Source: an uncultured Opitutaceae bacterium (lineage in GTDB: Bacteria; Verrucomicrobiota; Verrucomicrobiia; Opitutales; Opitutaceae). From it: a DNA stretch of 51,061 nucleotides. Below are positions 44,391-51,061 of the stretch, in pieces; within the stretch, counting starts at the first letter, position 1, and each line of letters begins with the position of its first letter. The stretch is from contig CAZOXB010000001.1 of the NCBI GenBank assembly GCA_964583635.1, positions 1 to 51,061 on the forward strand, in the 5' to 3' direction. The notes beneath the pieces were generated by a model that saw nothing but the letters and a program-made list of their open reading frames with translations, was not told the DNA's origin and did no database searches. The translations under genes were made by a program, and so were the position numbers.

Positions 44391-44435
44391 GGACGAAACG
44401 CGAAGGCGCAAAGTGGCGGAGAAGACGCGAAGGTG
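44391..44435. repeat. Two 18-nt direct repeats (GGAsrAAACGCGAAGGyG type) at a 27-nt period in the spacer between the two binding-protein genes
   Basis: ggacgaaACGCGAAGGcg at 44391-44408 and ggagaagACGCGAAGGtg at 44418-44435, matching at 14 of 18 positions. Confidence 0.6.
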
Positions 44436-44491
44436 GAATCCGGGGTTTGCGGTCTGGCGTTGAGGCCCTTTCAAGCTTGGCGCGGACTTCC

Positions 44492-46207
44492 CTATTCGCC
44501 CAGGCGGACATGTTTGTAGGGATGATGGTCGAGCAGGGTGGGATACCAACCCGTGACCGTGGGCTGGATGAGGAAGATGTGGGTGAAATGGTACAGGGGG
44601 ATGAGGGGAGATTCATCGAGCAGGAGTTCCTCTGCGCGGCGGAGGATCTGGAAGCGCGCCGCGCTGTCGGTGGTGCGTGCGGCTTCGTAGAGCAGGTGGT
44701 CGTAGGCCGGGCTGGACCAGCCCGTGTAATTGTTGCCGCTGTCGCTGCGCCAGATGGCGAGGAATGTCATGGGATCGTTGTAGTCGCCGACCCAACTGGA
44801 CCGCAGGATCTGGTAGCTGCCGGTGCTGCGTGCATTCAGCACGCTCTTGTTTTCCATGTTGTGGAGTTGCACCTCGAGACCCAGTTCACGACGCCAGATC
44901 TCCTGTATCGCCTCGGCAATGACACGATGATTGTCGGAGTTGTTGTAAAGGAGCTCGATGACGGGCGCCCCCTTGCCGCCGGGAAATCCCGCGCCCGCCA
45001 GCAGAGCGCGCGCGGCTTCGGGATCGCAGACGATTCCCGCGGGGGGAACGTATCCGCCCATGCCCGCCGGAGTGAACGCCCCGGTTGGGACCTGTCCGCC
45101 ATGCAGCAGGCTCCTGACCAGCGCCGCACGGTCAATCGCCAGCGAAAGTGCCCGGCGCACGGGCTTGAGCCTCAGGAATGGCAGGGAGACATTGATGCGA
45201 TAAAAATAGGTGCCCAGATAGGGGTCGATGCGCAGGACCCCGGGCGCATGGTCGCGATAACTTTGGATCTTCGCGAGGGGCAGGGCCTCGGTCAGGTGGA
45301 GCTGGCCGGCGCGAAAGGCCCGCTCCTCGGCGTTCACGTCATCGATGGTGTGGAAATGGATCGCGTTGAGCCGGACGGCGGCGGCATCCCAGTACAGCGG
45401 TGCCTTCTCGACGACGATGCGCTGGCCTGCGCGCCATTCCTTCAGGACGAAGGGCCCGTTGCCCACCAGCGTCCCCGGGCGGGCCCAGCGGTTGCCGCGG
45501 GAATCGACCGGCCCGTGTTTCGCCAGTGTGGGCAGGTGCACCGGCCACCAGACCCAGTGCTGCAACAACGTGAGGAAATAGGGGGTGGGGCGTTCAAGGG
45601 TGATGCGGATCGTGCGGCTGTCGGGCGCGGAAAAGCCGACGTTGCGGAAGTCCCCGAGCTTGCCGCGATGGTAGGCCTCGGCGCCGAGCACGACATGGAG
45701 AAGGCTCGCGTTGTCGGCCTGGAGGGTGGGGGAGAGGACGCGTTTCCAAGATCCGAGGAAATCCGCGGCGGTGACGGGATCGCCGTTGGACCAGCGGGCG
45801 TTCGCGCGCAGGAAAAACGTGTAGGTGAGACCGTCCGCCGAGACCTCCCAGCGTTCGGCCACCCCAGGCACCGGGCTGAGATCCTTCGGATCCTCCGCGA
45901 CGAGGCCCTCGAACAGGGCGGAGAGCACGCTGTGGTCGCTGGTCCCAGTGGCCAGGTGCGGATCGAGGTCGACGAGGTCCGGGCCGATTCCCCGATGCAG
46001 GATCTTCTCCCGGTTGCCGATTTCGACGGAGGTTTCCCGCGGCGCGCAGGCTGTCAGGACCGCCATCAGGCAGACGGAGAGCATGGCCGCCGCGCGCAGC
46101 CACCACCGGCTCCATGCACTGGCGGAGCCAGCGTCGCTGGCAGTCGAGGACGGCGGCTTGCAATCAAGGGGAGCGGCCGCACACGGCACTTTGCGTAAAG
46201 GCAACAT
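44492..46207 (-). CDS. ABC substrate-binding protein, family 5 (second OppA/DppA-like paralog)
   Basis: SBP_bac_5 pattern (WSNGDPVTAADFL, YFYRINVSLPFLRLKPVRRALSLAIDR). Probable lipobox MAVLTAC. Start is uncertain: ATG 46207, ATG 46084, or TTG 46219 as in the track. Confidence 0.8.
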   Translation of the reverse strand: MLPLRKVPCAAAPLDCKPPSSTASDAGSASAWSRWWLRAAAMLSVCLMAVLTACAPRETSVEIGNREKILHRGIGPDLVDLDPHLATGTSDHSVLSALFEGLVAEDPKDLSPVPGVAERWEVSADGLTYTFFLRANARWSNGDPVTAADFLGSWKRVLSPTLQADNASLLHVVLGAEAYHRGKLGDFRNVGFSAPDSRTIRITLERPTPYFLTLLQHWVWWPVHLPTLAKHGPVDSRGNRWARPGTLVGNGPFVLKEWRAGQRIVVEKAPLYWDAAAVRLNAIHFHTIDDVNAEERAFRAGQLHLTEALPLAKIQSYRDHAPGVLRIDPYLGTYFYRINVSLPFLRLKPVRRALSLAIDRAALVRSLLHGGQVPTGAFTPAGMGGYVPPAGIVCDPEAARALLAGAGFPGGKGAPVIELLYNNSDNHRVIAEAIQEIWRRELGLEVQLHNMENKSVLNARSTGSYQILRSSWVGDYNDPMTFLAIWRSDSGNNYTGWSSPAYDHLLYEAARTTDSAARFQILRRAEELLLDESPLIPLYHFTHIFLIQPTVTGWYPTLLDHHPYKHVRLGE

Positions 46208-46229
46208 GGTGCGAGGCAACCCGTCCCCG

Positions 46230-46736
46230 TCAGGACCTGCGCTGGATCAGGACCACCGCGTGGGCTGCGATTGCCAATCCGCGCCCGATGTCGTCACTGC
46301 CTTCGTTGGTGGTGGCCTTTATGCCGATGGCGTCGATGGGCAGGCCGGTGGACGCCGCGAGCGTGGATTTCATTTCCGCGAGGCGGGGAAGGATTCTGGG
46401 CTTCTCGGCGATCAAGGAGGAGTCGAGGTTGACAGGCACCCATCCGCGAAGGTCCAGCTCGGACATCACCTGCCGCAGAAGAATCTGGGAGTCGATGTTG
46501 CGGTAGGCGGGATCTGACGGAGGGAAAAAGTGGCCGATATCGGGCAGTCCGGCGGCACCGAGAAAGGCGTCGCAGATCGCGTGGGTCAGGCAGTCCGCAT
46601 CGCTGTGCCCGTCCAGGCCGAAGTCACAGTCGAACCGGACTCCTCCGAGAATGAGCGGGCGGCCGGGCACGGTGCGGTGGATATCGTAGCCGTGGCCGAT
46701 GCGAATGGGCATGCCTTGGGATGCGACGGTGGTCAT
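46230..46736 (-). CDS. ispF: 2-C-methyl-D-erythritol 2,4-cyclodiphosphate synthase
   Basis: RIGHGYDIHR, GHSDADCLTHAICDAFLGA, KATTNEG. Start ATG 46736 overlaps the ispD stop (ATGA). Confidence 0.95.
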   Translation of the reverse strand: MTTVASQGMPIRIGHGYDIHRTVPGRPLILGGVRFDCDFGLDGHSDADCLTHAICDAFLGAAGLPDIGHFFPPSDPAYRNIDSQILLRQVMSELDLRGWVPVNLDSSLIAEKPRILPRLAEMKSTLAASTGLPIDAIGIKATTNEGSDDIGRGLAIAAHAVVLIQRRS

Positions 46737-47416
46737 GCGCCCTCCGCCTTTCGCGCGAGGTAATTGCACCAGTCGAGATCGGCGGGAGTCGTCAGCTTGG
46801 GATTCGGATGAGGATTTTCCAGCAGCGCAACCGGATGCCTGAGCCCCTCGATCGCCTGGGCGTCATCCGTGATCGGAAGCTTGTATTTGGCGACCCGTGC
46901 ATAGGCACGCACGATGAGATCCCGCTCGAAGACCTGGGGTGTTTCCATGGCCCACAATCTCGAGCGATCGAGTGAACCGAGCCGTCCGCTGTCGCTGTGA
47001 ACCTTGATCGTATCGGTCACCCGGTGTGCCAGGACCACCGCGCGTTCGCGTCGCACGATCTTGTGCAGGGCGACCAATTGCTCCGCCCGGATGAACGGGC
47101 GTGCACAGTCGTGGATGAACACATATTTCACATCGTCCGGCAGGGCCTCCAATGCGCGTGAGACGGAATATTGCCGCTCCGAACCTCCCTTGACGAAGAG
47201 GGCGGGGGTCGGGGCGTAGGCGGAAAGCAGGATGGATTGCGGCGCATCGCGATAGACGATGATGTAGAAGTCCACCACGCCGCTTTCGAGAAAGGCTCCG
47301 GCCGCATGCGCGAACGCGGGCTTGCTGCCGATGGGCGCGAGGATCTTGTCGACGACGGCACCCTGCATGCGATGGCTGCTGCCTGCAGCGAGGAGAATGG
47401 CGGCGTTGCGGCTCAT
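46733..47416 (-). CDS. ispD: 2-C-methyl-D-erythritol 4-phosphate cytidylyltransferase
   Basis: AAILLAAGSSHRMQG, VFIHDCARPF, DTIK, ETPQVF. Confidence 0.9.
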   Translation of the reverse strand: MSRNAAILLAAGSSHRMQGAVVDKILAPIGSKPAFAHAAGAFLESGVVDFYIIVYRDAPQSILLSAYAPTPALFVKGGSERQYSVSRALEALPDDVKYVFIHDCARPFIRAEQLVALHKIVRRERAVVLAHRVTDTIKVHSDSGRLGSLDRSRLWAMETPQVFERDLIVRAYARVAKYKLPITDDAQAIEGLRHPVALLENPHPNPKLTTPADLDWCNYLARKAEGA

Positions 47417-47461
47417 GGTTCGATGAAGTGAGTAGGCACGGCTGATCAGCGGGCGCCGGTT

Positions 47462-48172
47462 TCAGAGGTTTGTCCGGCGGACGGCGCGAAGGATTTCCCG
47501 GGCCGCGGCGGCCGGATCGGGCGCATGGGAAATGGGGCGCCCCACCACCAGGTAGCTGGCACCCGCATCCACGGCCTGCGCGGGAGTGAGAACGCGGGTT
47601 TGATCGTCGGACTTGGACCCCGCGGGGCGGATTCCCGGGACCACCAGATCGAGTCCCGCCGGGTACCGCTGCCGCAGCGGTGCGATTTCCAGGGGAGAGC
47701 AGACCAGACCTTTGATGCCAGAGTCGACGGCAACAGACGCCAGGTTGAGAACCTGGGCTTCCGGCGCGGAGCTCACGCCGGTTTGCCGGAGGTCCGCCGC
47801 GCTCATCGAGGTCAGCACGGTGACTCCGAGCAGGAGGAGATCGGGATTTGTCGCCTGCTGGGCGGCAACGGCTCCGCGCATCATGGGAGCGCCTCCGCAG
47901 GTGTGCAGGGTCAGCATGCCGATGGGCAGCCTGGCGGCGGATTCCACGGCGCGGGCGACGGTGTTGGGGATGTCGTGGAGCTTGAGGTCGAGGAAGACCT
48001 TGAAGCCCTGGTCTGCGATGCGCCTCACACAATCCGGGCCGCAGGCGGTGAACATCTGCAGGCCGATCTTGACCCATGAGACCTCCCCGGAGAGTTGCTT
48101 CAGGAGGGGTTGGACGGCCTCGGGGCTGGGTTCATCGAGGACGAGGATCAGGTCGCACGGCATGGGCTGCAT
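47462..48172 (-). CDS. pyrF: Orotidine 5'-phosphate decarboxylase
   Basis: LILVLDEPS, WVKIGLQMF, VFLDLKLHDIPNTV, YLVVGRPI. Confidence 0.9.
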   Translation of the reverse strand: MQPMPCDLILVLDEPSPEAVQPLLKQLSGEVSWVKIGLQMFTACGPDCVRRIADQGFKVFLDLKLHDIPNTVARAVESAARLPIGMLTLHTCGGAPMMRGAVAAQQATNPDLLLLGVTVLTSMSAADLRQTGVSSAPEAQVLNLASVAVDSGIKGLVCSPLEIAPLRQRYPAGLDLVVPGIRPAGSKSDDQTRVLTPAQAVDAGASYLVVGRPISHAPDPAAAAREILRAVRRTNL

Positions 48173-48249
48173 CGAAGTGTCAGGCAGAGATTGCTCAGGA
48201 TTTCGCTTCTAATCAGCGGGAAATCACGTGGATTAGCAATACCGCTGCC

Positions 48250-49146
48250 GTGTCCTCCCTCTCCCTGCCGTCCCCCGCCAAGCTGAACCTGTTTCTTGCC
48301 GTCACGGGACGACGTGGGGATGGGTTTCATGATCTGGTTTCGTTGGTGACGACCGTGGAGTTTGGCGATGACCTCCGCGTGGAGTTGACCCCGGCCCCGG
48401 TGTTCTCCCTCGAATGTGACAATCCAGGGCTGCCGACGGACGACACCAACCTGATCATCCGGGCGGCGACGGCGTTCAAGGCGGCGGCGGATTACGGCGG
48501 AGGCGCACATTTTGTACTGCGAAAACGAATACCCCAGGGAGCCGGCCTGGGTGGAGGCAGCAGCAACGCCACGACGACACTGCTGGCATTGAATCAACTC
48601 ACGGGCCATCCGCTCAGGCAAAGCAAACTTGCGGCGTTGGCAGCGGGTGTTGGCTCCGATTGCACGCTCTTTCTGCACGATGGTCCCGTGATCATGCGCG
48701 GGCGGGGGGAAATCATGGAGGTGCTGCCACAAGCCGTGCGCCAGCGGTTGAGCGGCCGGAGGGTGTTTATCATCAAACCGTCATTCAACATCGCCACGCC
48801 GTGGGCCTATGGCGCGCTCGCCGCCGAGGCGCCGCGATCCTACCTGCCGGCGGCCGAGGCGGAGCGGCGACTCGCGTCGTGGTTGCACTCGCCCGAGTCG
48901 ACGATCGAATCGCTTCTCTACAATTCATTTGAACCCGTGGCCTTCGGGAAATTCATGGCCCTTCCGTCGCTTCTGGAGCAGTTGTCCGGATCGTTTGGCC
49001 TGGCCACGGGCATGAGCGGCAGTGGCAGCGCCTGCTTTGCCTTTCTGTCCGAGGATGACGATGCGGCGCGATGTGCGGTCATTCGGCGGAAAGTGGAAGA
49101 CGCCTGGGGCGTGGGAGCCTGGGTGGCGGAAACCCGGTTGCGGTAA
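48250..49146 (+). CDS. ispE: 4-diphosphocytidyl-2-C-methyl-D-erythritol kinase
   Basis: SPAKLNLFLAVTGRRGDGFHDLVSL and the GHMP motif IPQGAGLGGGSSNATTTL. There is no in-frame ATG near the conserved N-terminus, so in-frame GTG at 48250 is proposed. The track start 48076 would overlap pyrF by about 100 nt. Confidence 0.85.
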   Translation: MSSLSLPSPAKLNLFLAVTGRRGDGFHDLVSLVTTVEFGDDLRVELTPAPVFSLECDNPGLPTDDTNLIIRAATAFKAAADYGGGAHFVLRKRIPQGAGLGGGSSNATTTLLALNQLTGHPLRQSKLAALAAGVGSDCTLFLHDGPVIMRGRGEIMEVLPQAVRQRLSGRRVFIIKPSFNIATPWAYGALAAEAPRSYLPAAEAERRLASWLHSPESTIESLLYNSFEPVAFGKFMALPSLLEQLSGSFGLATGMSGSGSACFAFLSEDDDAARCAVIRRKVEDAWGVGAWVAETRLR

Positions 49147-49273
49147 CTGCCATCAAATCTCGTCTCGTTGGGTGGCGGTGTTTCTGAGAAATCCGCGTTG
49201 ACCGCGGGGACTGGCCCGCGCTTAACCTCCCACGCGGCCCGGTCACCCGTTCCCGGGGCGTGCGCACATCTGA

Positions 49274-51043
49274 ATGCCCCCCACCACCCAAGCGAAACCC
49301 GAAATCAAGGTGCAAGGCATCTCCGCCTCGCAGGGAATCGCCTACGGCCAGATCTTCCTTTTCCTGCGGAGCGACCTGGAACTTCCCATTTACCAGGTTG
49401 ATCCCGAAAAGCGGGTCGAGGAGGTCGCCCGCTTCGAGCATGGGCTGCTCGTCACGCGCGGCCAGATCCAGAAGATGCGGGACGAGGTGGAGAAGAATCT
49501 CGGCTTCGACGAGGCACGGATTTTTGACGCCCACCTGCTGGTGCTCGAGGACCAGGCGCTCATTGTCGAAACGATCCGGGAGTTTGAGAAATCCGGCAGG
49601 AACATCGAGGCCTGCTTCAATGCGGTTTCCCAGCGTTATATCCAGGCATTTTCCGAAATCGACGACGAGTACCTGCGGGAGCGGGCCGGCGATATCCGGG
49701 ATGTGGCCCAGCGTGTGCTCGCCAATCTGCTCGGCCAGTCGTCGGCCAATCTGTCACGGCTCGCCGACAAGCGCATCGTCGTGGCGAACGACATCTCCCC
49801 CTCGGATGCCGCCGGCATCGACCGCAGCAACGCGCTGGGCATGGTCACGGACACGGGCAGCAAGACCAGCCATGCGGTCATTGTTGCGCGTTCGATGAAA
49901 ATTCCGGCGGTGGTGGGCACCCGCAGCCTGACCGCATTGGTGAAGAACGGGGACTGGGTCCTGGTCGATGGCTACGACGGACTCGTGATCGTCCATCCCA
50001 GCGAGCAGACGCTGTTTTGCTACGGGAAGATCCAGAACCAGAAGAAGTCATTCGAGCAGCGCCTGTACAACGCCAACCGGCAGCCGTCGGTCACCTTGGA
50101 TGGCGTCTCGGTCGTGTTGCGGACGAACATCGAGAAAACCGAGGAGGTGCCCCTGGTGAAGGAGTACTTCGGGGCCGGCGTGGGATTGTTCCGGACCGAG
50201 TTCCTCTATCTCAACGCCGAGCAGATCCCCGGTGAGGAGGAGCAACTCAACGCCTACCGGACCGTGGCGGAGCAGCTGGCGCCCGCCCCGGTGGTCATCC
50301 GCACGCTCGACCTGGGAGGGGACAAGCCGATCGCAAGTGATCCGACGCTGATTCCGGAGGAGGACAATCCGTTTCTGGGCTACCGCGCCATCCGGTTCTG
50401 CCTGGAGAATCCCGGCATCTTCAAGGATCAGCTGCGTGCGATCCTGCGGGCGAGTGTCGGCGGGAACGTCAGGCTGATGTACCCGATGATCAGTGGAAGC
50501 GAGGAGCTGGCGCGGGCGAACGCCGTTCTCGAGGAATGCCGCGCCGAATTGCGCGCCGCGAAAATTCCCTTCGACGAGAAGATGCCGGTGGGGACGATGA
50601 TCGAGATACCGAGTGCGGCCTTCACCGTCGATCTTCTCGCCGCGCACACCGATTTCCTCAGCATCGGCACCAACGATCTGATCCAGTACATGCTGGCGAT
50701 CGACCGCGTGAACGACCGCATCGCCCATCTCTACGAACCCACCCATCCCGCGGTGGTGAGGATTCTCAAGCACATCGTCGACGAAGCCCATCGGAAGAAG
50801 CTCAAGGTCAGCGTCTGTGGCGAAATGGCGGGAGACCCGGTGATGGCGCCGCTGCTGCTCGGCCTCGGGGTCGACGAGCTCAGCATGTCCCCGCCGCTTC
50901 TGCCCGCGGTCAAATATGCCATCCGGGCCATGACCCTTGCGGATGCCAGGGCGCTGGCAGGGGCCGCGCTATCCATGGGCTCGGGCAAGGAAATTCTCGC
51001 GCTCTGCGAGCAGTTCCACCGCGCGCGGGTTGCGCTGGAGTAG
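49274..51043 (+). CDS. ptsI: Phosphoenolpyruvate-protein phosphotransferase (PTS enzyme I)
   Basis: Active-site region TDTGSKTSHAVIVARSMKIPAVVG, plus GLFRTEFLY, IRTLDLGGDK, FLSIGTNDLIQY and CGEMAGDP. Confidence 0.95.
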   Translation: MPPTTQAKPEIKVQGISASQGIAYGQIFLFLRSDLELPIYQVDPEKRVEEVARFEHGLLVTRGQIQKMRDEVEKNLGFDEARIFDAHLLVLEDQALIVETIREFEKSGRNIEACFNAVSQRYIQAFSEIDDEYLRERAGDIRDVAQRVLANLLGQSSANLSRLADKRIVVANDISPSDAAGIDRSNALGMVTDTGSKTSHAVIVARSMKIPAVVGTRSLTALVKNGDWVLVDGYDGLVIVHPSEQTLFCYGKIQNQKKSFEQRLYNANRQPSVTLDGVSVVLRTNIEKTEEVPLVKEYFGAGVGLFRTEFLYLNAEQIPGEEEQLNAYRTVAEQLAPAPVVIRTLDLGGDKPIASDPTLIPEEDNPFLGYRAIRFCLENPGIFKDQLRAILRASVGGNVRLMYPMISGSEELARANAVLEECRAELRAAKIPFDEKMPVGTMIEIPSAAFTVDLLAAHTDFLSIGTNDLIQYMLAIDRVNDRIAHLYEPTHPAVVRILKHIVDEAHRKKLKVSVCGEMAGDPVMAPLLLGLGVDELSMSPPLLPAVKYAIRAMTLADARALAGAALSMGSGKEILALCEQFHRARVALE

Positions 51044-51061
51044 GTGGAGGCCGGCGGACGG

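Noticed and set aside
42682-46198. 419-aa and 583-aa plus-strand ORFs (42682-43941, 44447-46198)
   Set aside because: Both are antisense to the two family-5 substrate-binding protein genes, which have lipoboxes and family motifs.
48076-48249. Upstream 58 codons of the ispE ORF as drawn in the track
   Set aside because: They would overlap the pyrF 5' end on the opposite strand, and they precede the conserved IspE N-terminus by far too much. An in-frame GTG at 48250 fits.
1-51061. Search for CRISPR arrays, tRNA/rRNA genes, transposases, integrases, phage genes, toxin-antitoxin pairs or known defence systems
   Set aside because: None was seen. Nearly all sequence is accounted for by ordinary-looking CDSs. 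Intergenic spacers are at most about 330 nt and contain no tRNA-like T-loop (GGTTCGAATCC) or repeat-spacer periodicity that I could detect by eye.

Overview
GC-rich (about 60-65 % by eye, not computed), gene-dense chromosomal segment. I call 45 protein-coding genes. I saw no rRNA, tRNA, CRISPR array, transposase, integrase or phage genes. Gene content points to the PVC superphylum, probably Verrucomicrobiota; this is inference, not a search result. The clues are a Pirellula/Verrucomicrobium-style dehydrogenase-cytochrome c fusion, many Tat-exported Gfo/Idh/MocA and xylose-isomerase-like TIM-barrel proteins, and DUF721/DciA. Layout, left to right: (1) a partial ABC exporter, then tesA divergent from ybbA-ybbP, then slyD, ppgK, an FAD oxidoreductase and an SDR. 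(2) An ECF sigma / anti-sigma / Spy-like operon, facing a PQQ-type dehydrogenase-triheme cytochrome c gene across an AT-rich island. (3) A TonB-dependent receptor with an atypical BNR propeller. (4) A czcCBA heavy-metal RND operon bracketed by two unassignable Cys-containing mini-proteins. (5) A ~9.5 kb minus-strand cluster mixing Tat-exported and cytoplasmic sugar-oxidation enzymes (Gfo/Idh/MocA x3, TIM barrel x2, phosphotriesterase-family lactonase-like, SIS, ROK kinase, SDR). (6) An orphan ABC ATPase with a small membrane wHTH protein. (7) Housekeeping genes: pnp, rpsO, dciA-like, GT9 heptosyltransferase, MsbA-like exporter, oppA-oppA-oppB-oppC without ATPases, ispF, ispD, pyrF, ispE and ptsI. 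My best candidates for something undescribed are the accessory genes around czcCBA, the receptor/BNR pair with a cysteine cluster, the mixed periplasmic/cytoplasmic sugar cluster, the AT-rich repeat-bearing control region at 9.4-9.6 kb, and a 73-nt palindromic element at 4.3 kb. Every functional call rests on motif recognition by eye; no database search was possible. The ORF track shows M for non-ATG starts, so several starts were re-derived by hand and remain uncertain.
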